From Phyllosticta citribraziliensis (lineage: Eukaryota), in contig NW_027117341.1 in the NCBI RefSeq assembly GCF_038025025.1, positions 744,001 to 808,000 on the forward strand: a stretch of DNA of 64,000 bases, written 5' to 3'. Of this stretch, positions 35,979-47,817 are shown piece by piece. The first letter of the stretch is position 1. Each line of letters begins with the position of its first letter. The notes beneath the pieces are model-generated. The model searched no databases, was not told where the DNA came from, and saw only the letters and a program-made list of their open reading frames with translations. The position numbers were made by a program, and so were the translations under genes.

Positions 35979-37787
35979 TCATGCTTCGCGCTTCGTAAAA
36001 GAAAGGAGGCAGTCATCCTGAGAGTTTGTGAGCACGTGCCTCTGATCGACTAGGAATGCATGCAGCAGACGTACCTTGGGGAAGATGGTAGCAAAGACCT
36101 TGATCTCCTCAGACAGGGGCGTAACGTCGTGTTTCCAGTCAACCTCCATGGCAAATCTTCCAATCATGCCCATGAGGTTGTTGACAGCGTACACCTGACC
36201 CAGGCAGTAGTGGGGACCGGTACCAAACACGAGCCAGTTCTTGGTCTGCTTCTCCGCATCACCGCTGATCCAGCGCTCAGGCTCAAACGAGTCTGGGTTG
36301 GGGTAAGCCTCGGCGTCGTGCAGTGCCAAATACGTGGTCGGAATAACCATGGAGCCTGTGGCTCGTTAGCAACGAAACATAAAAAGATGATAAATTAAGC
36401 TTACCCTTGGGAACGGTATACTCAGGGGTGATGGGGAAATCCTTCTTGGCGAGGTACGGAACCATGAGGACAGGGGGGCGGTAGCGCAGGGTCTCCTTGA
36501 CAACGGCGCGCGTGTATTCCATCTTGTCCATCAGTTCCATCGAGAGTGGCACATTCTTGTCGCCATGACGAAGACGGAGCTGCTCCTCGCGAATCTTGTC
36601 CAAGTGGTCGGGCCTGTCGGCCATAATCTGGAAGAGCCATGTCGCGGCGCTCGAAGTAGCATCCTGGGAAGCAAAGAGGAAAGTAAAGACGGTCATGGAA
36701 ATCTCAAGGTCAGAAAACATGCGGATAACCTGGGCGGGCTTCTCCGGGGTTTCGCCCTTGGCCAGCTTCTGCTTGTAGGCCTCGGATTCGTACATGGAGC
36801 GGACCCAGCAGTCAAGGATACAGTTCGGCTCGCCGCCGGCAGCCATGCGGACCTTGCTCTTGGCAGCCGCCTTGGCGAACTCGTCCAGGACCATGTCGGC
36901 GGCCTTCTTTCCGTACCAGGTGTTGGTAAAAGGCAAAATGAACGGGAAGTTGACCAATTCCAACGCCTCGGTGATGTAATAGTAGTCGACGGCGATTTTC
37001 TGAACGGCCTCATCCGGAATGTAGTGACCGACAAAGGTGCGCAGAGAGACGGCGGTAATGAACTCGCGCATGTAATGCATAAAAGGCACGGCCTTGCCAT
37101 TGGCCTCGCGGGTGATTTGCAGAGCCTTGGCGAGGTACTTTTCGTAAATTTCTTCCTGGCCTGGGAGGTAGATTTCCAGAGCCTGGCGAGTGAAGAGGCC
37201 GTTCAAGCCCTTGCGGTACTCGACGTGCTCCTTTCCGTCAAGAAAGACCCAGTTTTCAGGGCGCAGGAGCTTGTGGGCAATGTCGACAACGCAGGGCTTG
37301 ACCATTGTAGGGGAATTGAAGACCTTGCGGGACATGTCGCGCGTCGAGGCAATGACGACGAACCTGATTGCGATCAGCATATTCTGTGCCATGGTGTATG
37401 TGCAGCCTGGGGGCGTACTTGTGGAAGACGGAGACGCAGCTGAGGGGACCGCTCAGCCATTTTGCGTAGTACTCTTCGAACTTTGGGTTGACGGATTGGA
37501 GGAAGGGACCGACAAAGGGAGCCTTCCACGAGGGGCCAGCGATTGAGCCCTTGTTCATGAGATATTTGACTGGCAAGAGTTAGCAACTCCAGCCAAAGGG
37601 CGCGACTGCGAATCCAACCTTGATCGTAGACGACGGCCACGGCGATGAGGGTCACAAGGACAGACCAGACGGTCATGCCCTGGAGCAAGCGTCCAACGAG
37701 GCCTGTGACGGCCGAGGCCGTGTTCAGGGCAGGAATGACATGAGCGTCGGCCGTGGGCGAGACAAAGGAGCCATTGACGGCGGCCAT
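35979..37787 (-). CDS. ERG5: Cytochrome P450 61, sterol C-22 desaturase, 5 exons (37787-37619, 37569-37419, 37363-36405, 36355-36075, 36017-35979)
   Basis: [15 protein letters not shown]-helix typical of CYP61, KETLRYRPP (ExxR), FEPERW, heme motif [22 protein letters not shown]-terminus; four canonical introns. Confidence 0.96.
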
Positions 37788-38896
37788 GGTGTTGTCGTGG
37801 TCGGTCGCGAACAATGTGAACTTCAGCGGCAGGGTCGAGGCGCGCCGGGAAATTTGTTATCGGCGGCGGGTGGTTTAGGAGGCCTCAGAGCGGTGTCGGT
37901 GGGGGGCGCGTAGAGGCACCGATGGCCAGATTCAGCGAGAGAAAATGGGCGCAACGGAGGGGGGGTGTAGAGGAGGAGGAGGAGAGTCGGGAGGGGGGGA
38001 GGAGAGGAGGAGGGTCGGACGGGTGGTTGTCCTTGGGGTAGGGTAGCTGTGCCTTGTGAGGTGTGCCGGAGGTGGTGCGGAGGATTCCACTGGCGGCGGA
38101 TGCTCGGACAGAGCAGCGAATGGCAGCGCCGCGGTGCCTGCAAAGGGCGGCCCGCACGCCATCCAATCTAAGATTCGCTTCGGATGCCCTCGTCCCAGCG
38201 TCACCAGATGGCCGCTCGAGGGGTGCATGGGGGTGGGTTCTGCGACTAGGTACGCGGCAGGGGGCATTTTTTCGCTCGCACTGAAACTACTACTTGACGA
38301 CCTGACCCTGGACACGGTCCTGACCTTGTCCTCGGCCTGCGCGCAACTTGCCCGTCAGAGGCTAGCAGCGTCACGTGCTCCCCGCTCCCCTTGCTTGCTT
38401 CCCGTCCCGCTCCCCGCATCTCTCACCTTTGTTTCCGTTCCAACGTCCAGCGCATCACCTTGATCCATCCGCCACACGTCGATTCCCCGATTAAGGTTTC
38501 TGCTAAAGCTTGCCCAGACCTGACGACTTGACGTCCAACGTCATCTGCTGCCATGTCGCTCTCACGAACCCTCTAGAAATGTCATGCCGCTGTCAACGAC
38601 TCCATCAATCCACGAGGCCCTGTTCTTGTCCAGAAAATTCGGCCTCGAAACTCCATCTTTGTCCGACAGCCTCACTCATGTCGTCTGCAAAATGCTCCAA
38701 TTCAAGCTTTTAAGCTTAGTTCACGCGTATGGATCACACCTCTTGGATCCCTGAAGGCTGTGCCGGGTCTTGGGACAAACTTCCCGCGTGATGAAGTGTT
38801 GTCGTGTCTGTTGTTCATCGTCTTCATCAACGGCCTCGTCGCGTCCAGTCCTCCGTTTCCATTGTTTGCTCTTTTCCAGTTGAGCGCAGAGTAGAA

Positions 38897-40963
38897 ATGG
38901 CGCGTTGCTGCATGTTCATGCGAGCTTGCATCCTCTTGGCTCTGGTTGCTTCTTTCCACCTAATCCCGGCCGTGTCGTGTCTCTGTATACCAGATGTTCC
39001 AGGCGCTCTTCTCCACGACAAGGACGTGTTGCGGCATCCGCTCGTCACAGGCGCATTCGACGAACTCAAAAAGAATCTGACTGGACTGTTTACCAAGGAT
39101 TCATACGACGGTCTCGCATTCGCTGTGGTTAGTTTCCGGCCAGACCGGTAACCCCCACCCAACTTGCGACACTGCGGTCCGTTCCGCATTGTTCATGCAG
39201 TGTGCTAACCTTGCGCAGGTCCACGCGTCTGGTCAAGATGCGGCCTACACATTCAATCGAGGGCCTCTCAAACTGAATGAATCCAACCCTGAGGACGGAA
39301 GAGGGCCTCAAATCGACGGTGACTCGATTTTTCGCATCGTATCGGCTTCAAAAAACTTGGCCGCCTTTTCTGCTCTCGTTGTCGAGCGCCAAAGCCGTTT
39401 GCAGGTGACCATACCGGTCCTGACGTTAGACACTCCAGTGCGGAATGCCCTTCCTCAGTTCGACTTGCCTCTCACCGACTGGGAGAATGGCGGAAGCGAA
39501 ATCACGCTGTCGATGCTGGGCACCCACAGCAGTGGGATACCGCGAGAGGGCTATGCAACCAATTTCGACTTTGTCACGGGTCTTTCAAAAGCAAACGCGC
39601 AGACTATAGGCAACGAGTGGACGTCTGCCGACCCGAGCGAAGTCCTTGAATCCATCAAGGGAAAACCGCTCTTGTTTGCCCCCGGACAACGGGTTGCTTG
39701 TAAGCAAAGACCTGTTCTTGCAGACCAAGAGCTGACTTGGCAAAGACTCAAACGCTGGCACATGCATACTTGGATGTAAGTATCGCACCCGAAAACCGAT
39801 GAGCAAACATTGACGCATCGCAGATGCCGTGGCCGCCTACCGTAACCGCTTGTCCTCTTCCAATCTCGTATGGAATGATGTCGTTACGGAGGACATTTTC
39901 AAACCTCTCAACATGACACACAGCTTCTTTGGCCCGATCCCTGACGAGCTTCGACGTCTCGTCTGCGTCCCAGCTGGTGAGACTTGGACCGACTTACAGG
40001 TCGGCCCTGGCTATGATCCAGCCGGCGGCGGATGGAGCTCTGCCAACGACCTCGTCAAATATCTCTACAACGTCTGGCTAAAACCCGAGCCCGATCTCAT
40101 CACACCGACGCAGAGACGAAACAGTCTGCAGCCCCGACTGATCCTTCCCGACGGAAAACAGCAAGTCGGGTTCGGCTGGGAGATTAATGTCTACAAGCCG
40201 AATGAAAACAGCTCAACGTTAGCCCCCTACATGCTCACCTACTGCGCTCCTGCTCTTCCATCAGAACAACAATCATCTGACAACGTCCCCAGCTACAACG
40301 TGTACGGCAAGAGCGGTGATGGAGGCGGCTATCATAGCCGGATTGACGTACAGCCGAACCTTGGCTATGGTGTCGTTATCCTAACAGCCGAAGGATCGCG
40401 CCCGAAGAAAGACTACACGCGTCTTCGTCCCGAGAAAGTCTTGAACGGCGCGCACGAAATCTTGATACAGGCCTTTCGCAAGGCGTATTCAGAAAAGCTC
40501 AAAGAAAAGTACGCTGGCGACTGGGTTGTGGCGCCGAATACTCCAGGCAGCGCAAATGCCAAAGTCGAAGTCCAAAACGACATCCTATTCCTGCGCGAGA
40601 TGGTGGTCAACAATGCGTCGGCGCTGGAGCGAGTAGACCAGCTGTCTTGGACAGATGAGAGCCAGGAAAGGTTCTTCAGCTCGCCCGATGGCGTCAGCCT
40701 CAATCCCAGCGAGGCCGTTTTGGATTCAAAGGGAGAGGCGAGGGGCCAAGTGATGCGCATGTCGATTGCGTCGGAGAGATGCGACTGGTTCGATTTCGAC
40801 GGGTTTGTTGTAAGCTCCTCTCGTCGCCCAGGCGGTACTGATATTTCGCAGATATACCGATCCGAACGGATGGCCGCCGGACAAGCTATTCTTCGTCGAT
40901 GGCGACAATGGCGTCGAGTTGCACTATCCGCCATTGGATGGAGTACTAGTGCGGAAGAAGTAG
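38897..40963 (+). CDS. Secreted beta-lactamase/transpeptidase-like serine hydrolase (about 5 exons)
   Basis: Hydrophobic signal-like N-terminus; FRIVSASK (SxxK), LGTHSSG, spliced YSNAG (YxN), IFKPLNMTHS, PAGGGWSSANDL, YGKSG (KxG); last exon ...LHYPPLDGVLVRKK*. The start could be 38918. Confidence 0.88.
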
Positions 40964-42855
40964 CGAACAAGACTACACTGACATCCTGTCTGAATATGTG
41001 GAATGCGGCAAGCTGCTGCTTAATCAACAATAATTCCAATTTCACAGATTTGACTTACCTACCCTACCGCAAAAGAGAAATTTGGAAGACAAGCTGTGCT
41101 GGGAAAAGGCCCGCTGCGTTTGAGTGATTGCCTGACGCCGTGGGATGAGATCTCGTCACGCAATTCAGATGACGGTGACATCCAAGCTGGGGCGTGATGA
41201 GGCAAATAAGTCTTCCGCGATCTCCTCTCGAAGATGGTTTTAGCCTTGTTGGCGCTGCTTTGTGACGTCTTTGATTTTGCCACGATTGCTGACAACAATA
41301 CGAAGGTGACAGAACGATCCGATTCCCGACTTGGCTGACTTTGCAATTTCGTCGGTCCGGAATCTCGGAGAAGCGACATGTGGAAAGAGATCAAGCGAAC
41401 TGTCGGTTCAGACACTGAGGAATTGGTTGCATACGGCTCCAAGCCTGTGACCAGATGGGCTTCCTCGGAGTGGTTCCAGCACAAATGGCAACCAGGACGA
41501 AATTATGAGGAGGTTGGGATATGTGCGGAGGCCGGTGGTGGGTATGCGATGTGAGGATGTCGGAAGACGAATGGTGAGTCGCAGAGCAAATGAGCAGAGT
41601 GGATGACTAACTTGGCTCTAGCTTCCAGGTTGTTCTCCTTGGGTCAGGCCCTCGTTGTTGGTTAACGTTTCCGCTTCGGCCACCAGCAACCTTTGGTCTT
41701 CAGTCCACAGTAAAGAAATGAGACTCCCTGGGCTCCTGGCTGCAGAATTGAACGACAGCTCCCTAGCCGTAACGTGATAGCTGATGACTGCTCTGTAGGC
41801 GCAGCCATGGCAGTGGACAAAGGCTCCCCGCAGACATCCTTCGAAATTCGTATTCCACGGCGTCCATTGACGTTGAAAGATGAAAAGCAACAAGCATTCG
41901 ACTGCTAACATTAGAAACTGCTGCCAGTTTTTCAAGTTCCCAAGCTCTCGCCACCCCGAGAGCAGCTATTCCAGGAAACGCGTCATCAAAAAGATCCGAG
42001 GATTCCGCGAATGGCGTGTTTGTGCAAGGCGGTCGAGATAATTTCCTAGTCGACGCCTAGGGGATGACGACCACGGGAGGTTGGCAGCACGTGACATGAG
42101 GGCCATGGTGACGTCAAATTTTGGCCCGCACGCAGAGCGAGCCACTTTTATCACGACCGCCTGAGCCGACGAAATGGCGCGGGAGAGCAAGAAGATGGAT
42201 GTGGAAAAAAGAAAACACCAGTCAAGTCGGTGCCATTGGATTTACTTGCACACGTTTCAGCTCAGGAGCTACCGCATGGAGGGCCAGTTCCACAGACGCG
42301 GTCGGGGGATCTGTGGGAGGATGCCCTGGAAACAGCACCGCCCCCGCCTGTGGGCTTTGGGGGAGCTACAGCCTTGTCGATCACTTGGACAAAACTGTCA
42401 TTGTGTGGAGCACACGACTGTTGACCCGGGCAATTGTGCCTGACGATCACCAGGTTGCCTCGTGTGCAACACCCCAACCTCCGCCGTGCATGGCTCATTT
42501 CGCAGCTCCCATCCACTCCGACTGGCTCTGCCAAAAAATACCTTGCTGACTTTGCGTCAGTAAGGCCAATACAAACCCAGATGAGGGGGACGACGTACCA
42601 CCGAGAGCAATGGCTTCCGACAACTCATCCAGACCCAACGCGCGGACACCGGTGACGATGGATGTTCTGTGTGCTTGCGTCATAGCAAGCTGGTCCTCCC
42701 ACCGACATTTACAAACATCAGGCAGGAAGTTGGCTTAAAAGGTTGCCATCTTCTGCCTGCAGCTGCTCCTCCACACAAGGGCATCAACTACCAATCCTCG
42801 ACTCTCGCTTCGTCGTCTTTTCTCGCTTCTGCCTCATACTTCTTAATTCGGTAAT

Positions 42856-44502
42856 ATGAAGTACGCCCTTGCGCCTCTCGCTTTTACACTCGGTGCCTCT
42901 GCTGCGGCACTCAAGCGCTCGCAGTGCTGCTTCGACATCACCGCATCGGGCGGCGCATCTGGAACTGTCGGCCAGCTCAGTGATGGCCAGAACCGCATCG
43001 GCGGAGGATACTCCCCCACATCATTCTGCCTGAACAACGGCGGAATCACCGACTCCAACGGCCGCGGCTGCATCGTCACCTCCGCCTCTGGTCAATTCCA
43101 ATGTGACGAGGGCAAGGCCCCCACGACGGGTTTCTCGGTTGGCGGCAACGGAACGCTGGTGTACGACGGCAAGGCACAATTTTACGGTTGCCCTGCGGCA
43201 GATGGCGAAGACAACATCTACACCCGGCCAGTGCAAGGCCAGGACAAGTGTGTCCCCGTCATGCTGAGCACTGGTGGCCAATGCTCCTCGTCTTCGGGCG
43301 GCCAAGGCACTCCATCTGGTTCAGTTCCCTACTCGACACCTGTAGCAAGCGGCCCCGTTGGTACTCCATACCAGACGCCTTACACTCCAGCATACTCATA
43401 CGGCACTCCTGCCTACTCGTATGGAACGCCCGCATACTCTCAACCGGCTGGTAGCTCGTCTGCCTACAGCGCACCAGGAGCAAGCTCGCCAGGCGAAGAG
43501 ACATACACCGTCACCTCTTTCACGACCGAGTGCCCCGAGTCTGAGGGAACCCCCTACCCTTCTGGCTGGCAAGGACAGAGCCAGGGCGACTCTTCTGTCC
43601 CCAACACGCAGCCCGCTCAGGAAACCCCGCCGCCACAACAGACTGAAGCAACCCCTGCATACACCCCCTCGGTCTACCAAACCCCTGGTGGTGGCTCGCC
43701 GGCTCAAAGCTCGCCTCAGACCTCGCTCGTCTCCGCCACGGGTCCCTTCCCCTACGACACGCCGCAGCCTTCTCCCGGCGTCTTCAGCTCGCCCGCTCCT
43801 GAGGCCTCGCAGCCCGGCACTCCCGTCGCCTCTGTCCCATCAGTTGCAACCAGCGCCGGCGGTGACGCCACGACTCCCGTCGTCCCCGTCCCCGGTACTC
43901 CCGGCACCCCCGGCACTCCCGTAATTCCCGGCACCCCATATACCCCTGGAACGCCAGCCGGAACCCCTGGCACCCCCAGCACCCCCGGCGCCACGCCCGC
44001 CAACGCCTGCCCGACGGACCTGGCCGGCGACTTCCAATACCCGCACCTGATCGTGCCGGTCAACAGCAGCGCGCCCAGCACCGCCTACGGCACGCAATAC
44101 AACGGCACGCTCTCCTCGACAACCTGCACAACCTACAACTTCGACATCCCGACCAACTACAGCAGCAGCGCCACCTGCACGCTCGAATTCCTCTTCCCGC
44201 ACCAGGAAGACCTCGAGACGTCGGCGTTTGAGTTCTCCGCCGGCAGTGACGACGGCAGCGTCGAGTTCAGCCGCCTCAGCGCCCCCGTCGACCAGGCCAC
44301 CGCCTGGGACAGCGTCCCCGACGTGCAGAGCGTCTACGGCTCGTGGGCCGTCCGCCCCGGCAATGGCTACGTGCTGGCGAGCGGCGCGTGCACGCCGGGC
44401 CAGACGTTTGGCGTCAAGGCGTGCAGCAAGGGCGGCCTGGAGCTCAACTACTTCCAGGACTGGAATCCGAGCCCCATTGGCCTGTTTGTGCGGAGGTGCT
44501 AA
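42856..44502 (+). CDS. Secreted/cell-wall protein with Cys-rich N-domain, P/T/S-rich linker and C-terminal But2-like domain
   Basis: Signal peptide MKYALAPLAFTLGASAAA, GQLSDGQNRIG and GRGC...QFQCD N-domain, CPTDLAGDFQYPHLIVPV...FDIP...YFQDWNPSPIGLF; single exon, 548 aa. Confidence 0.9.
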   Translation: MKYALAPLAFTLGASAAALKRSQCCFDITASGGASGTVGQLSDGQNRIGGGYSPTSFCLNNGGITDSNGRGCIVTSASGQFQCDEGKAPTTGFSVGGNGTLVYDGKAQFYGCPAADGEDNIYTRPVQGQDKCVPVMLSTGGQCSSSSGGQGTPSGSVPYSTPVASGPVGTPYQTPYTPAYSYGTPAYSYGTPAYSQPAGSSSAYSAPGASSPGEETYTVTSFTTECPESEGTPYPSGWQGQSQGDSSVPNTQPAQETPPPQQTEATPAYTPSVYQTPGGGSPAQSSPQTSLVSATGPFPYDTPQPSPGVFSSPAPEASQPGTPVASVPSVATSAGGDATTPVVPVPGTPGTPGTPVIPGTPYTPGTPAGTPGTPSTPGATPANACPTDLAGDFQYPHLIVPVNSSAPSTAYGTQYNGTLSSTTCTTYNFDIPTNYSSSATCTLEFLFPHQEDLETSAFEFSAGSDDGSVEFSRLSAPVDQATAWDSVPDVQSVYGSWAVRPGNGYVLASGACTPGQTFGVKACSKGGLELNYFQDWNPSPIGLFVRRC

Positions 44503-44966
44503 ATGGTCCCTTGTTCATTGCATTGATGGACAAGTGAAAGAAGCACGAAAGGGAGAAAGAGTAGAAGGATGTAATGATTGATTTTGGCCGCCTTCGCTGC
44601 TGCGGAATGTTTATGAGTGGCGAGTGGCCGGTCGGCGGATTACAACGGCAACGCGCTGTTGTTGCTTTGCTATTGCTGCTGCTGCCTGCTATTGCTTAAT
44701 GAATCTCTTAGTTAGCTGTACTGTACAACACTACCAGCTGGCGCTATCCGTCGCTCCTCGGCGGATAGTCGTACATGGTGTAAAGTGTAGATAATGCTTA
44801 GTTTTGTACACTCAAAATGCTTCTGCTGTATTGATTCCGACGTCGTTTACGTGTGCATGTATTATTTTGGCCCCAGAAAATGCTTAATGCTGCCTTTTCC
44901 CCTGAATGCATATCTCCGTCTATGTGATGAATGGGAATTCCACTTGTCCTTTCCAACTCCACCTCC

Positions 44967-46936
44967 TTAATTGAGTCCCAAAATCTCCAAAATCTTCGGG
45001 AAATTCGGCGTGCCCCAGCCAGTGACTGCATCCCAGCCCACAGCAGCCTCAAAGCCATCAACACCACAACCAATGGCACTGCCATTCGTAACGTCGTTGA
45101 AAGCCTTGTAGCCCTCCGAGTAGAGCCAGGGGTTCAAGAAACCGAGGGGGCTCTTGCCCGCCGCGATGAGGGCGTCGTTGACGAGGGTAATGATGCCCGC
45201 GGCCGCTGGCGTCGACGCCGACGTGCCGTCGAGCAGGATGTTGTCGCCGCCCCACGTGACGACGAACTTCTGGCCCTGCGCCGCAATGTCCGGGTACGCG
45301 CGGCCGGAGGCGTTGTACAAGCCGGCGTAGGCGGAGCCGAGCGTGGTCGATGTATAGTTAGATACGGCGGCCGCCTGGTATGCGGGCTGCGCAAAGTAGT
45401 TGGAATAGCCGCCGCCCGACGCGTAGATGCTACCGCTGCCCAGCTCGTCGTAGGCGACGACTTCGGGGGAGAAGCCCTTGGTTGCGCCGACGGATGTTAC
45501 GTAGGGGCAGCCGTCCGGGAATGAGGGGAGGAAGGTGGCGGCTGAGCTGCCGTTGTTGCTGATGCAGCTGCCTGCCGTGCCCACGCCTTCATCGCCGGAG
45601 GCGAAGAGGAGGGATACGCCGCGTGCGCCGAGCTGAGCAAATTGCCTGCAGACGGTCGTGGCGTACGACAAGGGGACCGTCTGTTCGTCGTCGCCGTAAG
45701 AAGTGCTGATGACTTGAGGAATGTCGGTCTGATTGAGGACATATTGGACCTGTATTCTAGTCAGTACGGCAGAATGATTCATGGAGCTCCTTCTACGAGC
45801 CACAAGATAGGATAAGCAAATTTACTGACCCAAGTCAGGTAGGGCTCGTTGGTGTTGGAAGTGACAGCGTCATCAGGGGTGAATGGAGGCTCGCCACCAG
45901 TGTTGTACGCAATCAGGGGAGTGGGGTAACCAATGCCGAGGATGGTCTCCGCATCCAAGTTACCCTCCTCATCCTTTCCGCTTGCGTTCTGCTCGGCAGT
46001 GTTGGGCGTCTGCTGATTGTCGCCGCCGTCAATCACGTCGATGGTGAAGTTGAATGCCGCCTTGGTGGCGTCTGAGCGGAACTGAGACAGGAAGATGCTG
46101 ACGTCCGAGCGGTTGTTGGTCTCGCTCAAGTAATTTGCCAGGCCGACCTTGTTTTGGCCAGCGGCTTGCGGGACGTAGTCAATGGTACCGTAGAGCGTGC
46201 GCAGGCAAGTGGGCGTAACGTAATCCTCGTCGCAGACATCCGAAACAGACGACGATGCAGATCCAGCCTCTGCAACCTTGACAGCAAGCCCAGCAGGCTT
46301 CTCTGCCTTTTTGCCGACGGGCTTGACGTTGCTCTTACGGGGACCGGCACGGAAGAAGGAGTTGGTGGGCTGGATGCTCTCAATGTGCTCGTGCAGATGG
46401 CGTGGCAGAGACCATTCAGGAGTGCGGACGAGGTGGGCGCCGCTTTCGTGCTCGTAGACGGAATACTCAGTGTCAAGCAGGCGCTCGACTTCGTTTACGG
46501 GCAGCGAGACCTTGATCCAATCGCGCGCTTGGCTGTACTCCAGCTCCGGGCGCTCCACCCCCGCGTCCTCGAGCCACTCGTGAACAAGGTCGAGCGTCTC
46601 GTCGTGCGGCTTGATCAGGTCGTGCACCTCATCGGGGGTCAGGTGCTGGCCGTAGCGCTGGTGACGAGGGTCCGAGACTGGTTGAATCAGCGCCTAGCCC
46701 CGTCGGCAATGGAGGACATACACACCTTCGTAGAGGTGTCTCTCGAGCTCATCAAACTGGCTTTGTTTCAAGCCAATTTGAAGGTCGACGATGTGCTCGC
46801 CTGGCGCTTTACCCACAGACGACCAACCGCGGGGCACGAAATGGCGCTCCTTTACCGCATACGGCGAACGGGCACGGAGCGGCGAAGCGGCGGCGGCGGC
46901 AGCAGCCAGCAGGACGACAAGGCTGGAACCGAGCAT
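44967..46936 (-). CDS. Tripeptidyl peptidase / sedolisin (peptidase S53), 3 exons (46936-46726, 46677-45830, 45749-44967)
   Basis: Signal peptide and pro-domain (VSDP..YGQHL), EGNLD catalytic Glu/Asp, SYGDDEQ, ASGD oxyanion, GRAYPDIAAQG, DGTSASTP catalytic Ser, GWDAVTGWGTP. Confidence 0.95.
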
Positions 46937-47817
46937 TTTGGCGACGGAGCTTGGAAGGCTTGTCTGGCGATAGAGGTAGAGATGGGGTTATATACCGCGC
47001 TTTTGACCGCATTGTCAATGTAGGATTATACGGGTCCTTGTTTCTCCACACTGTCTCCTGCCTGGAGCGGTTTGGGGCAAGGTCTAGCGCCATGTACCGC
47101 ACGATACGGGTCTGCTGCTCTTGCCCCGGCGGCCATCATCTCCGCTATCGCGTGCTCGGACGCGTCGATTGCCTGTTGCACAAGCACAGGCAATGAGGAG
47201 TTGGCGGCGGACATGTAGACCGACTCTTTGGTAGAGATGGCGATGACATGAACTAGCGATTGAACCAGTTGCTCTGGGCGGCCTAACAAATCATCTGTTT
47301 TCCTCGTTTGGCCCTCGAGTTGAGCCAGTCTTCAGGCGGGCCAGGGCCATGGCGTGGTGGAGAGAGGCCTGGGCGACCTGCCTATCGCAGCCAACGCACG
47401 TCCCTGATGGAGCACGTTACTCATCTGGCTGAGTCGACCGAATGCCGTGGCACAATGAACGAGACATGGGGATGGGAGTGTTCTAAACACTTTAGCAAGG
47501 CTACTCAATCATTCTGGCCGTGGAAGCGGGTCTCGATGGGATGAAAAGACTCGAGTCGTTGAAAAGGGATAGAGTTGGAGATTTGTAACTCGGCGACATG
47601 CCGACAATTCCTGCACCCAGCCTTAGCTGCAATACAAGCTTCGGCTACATCTGCAGCTCGGAGCGCCACCAGATGCTCACAAAGCTTGTTCACACCCCAG
47701 GCTGGTGACGATGCATGTAGCAATTACGCCTGCTCCAAACGAGCATGCCATCTACCCTGACTATGTTACATCCGTGTCTCCAAGGTGCTTCGCTTTCCAA
47801 CTACAGCATCACCTGCC

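Noticed and set aside
38482..38491. SREBP/SrbA-like site upstream of ERG5 (ATCGGGGAAT on the minus strand)
   Set aside because: Two mismatches to the consensus as I recall it; not supportable without conservation data
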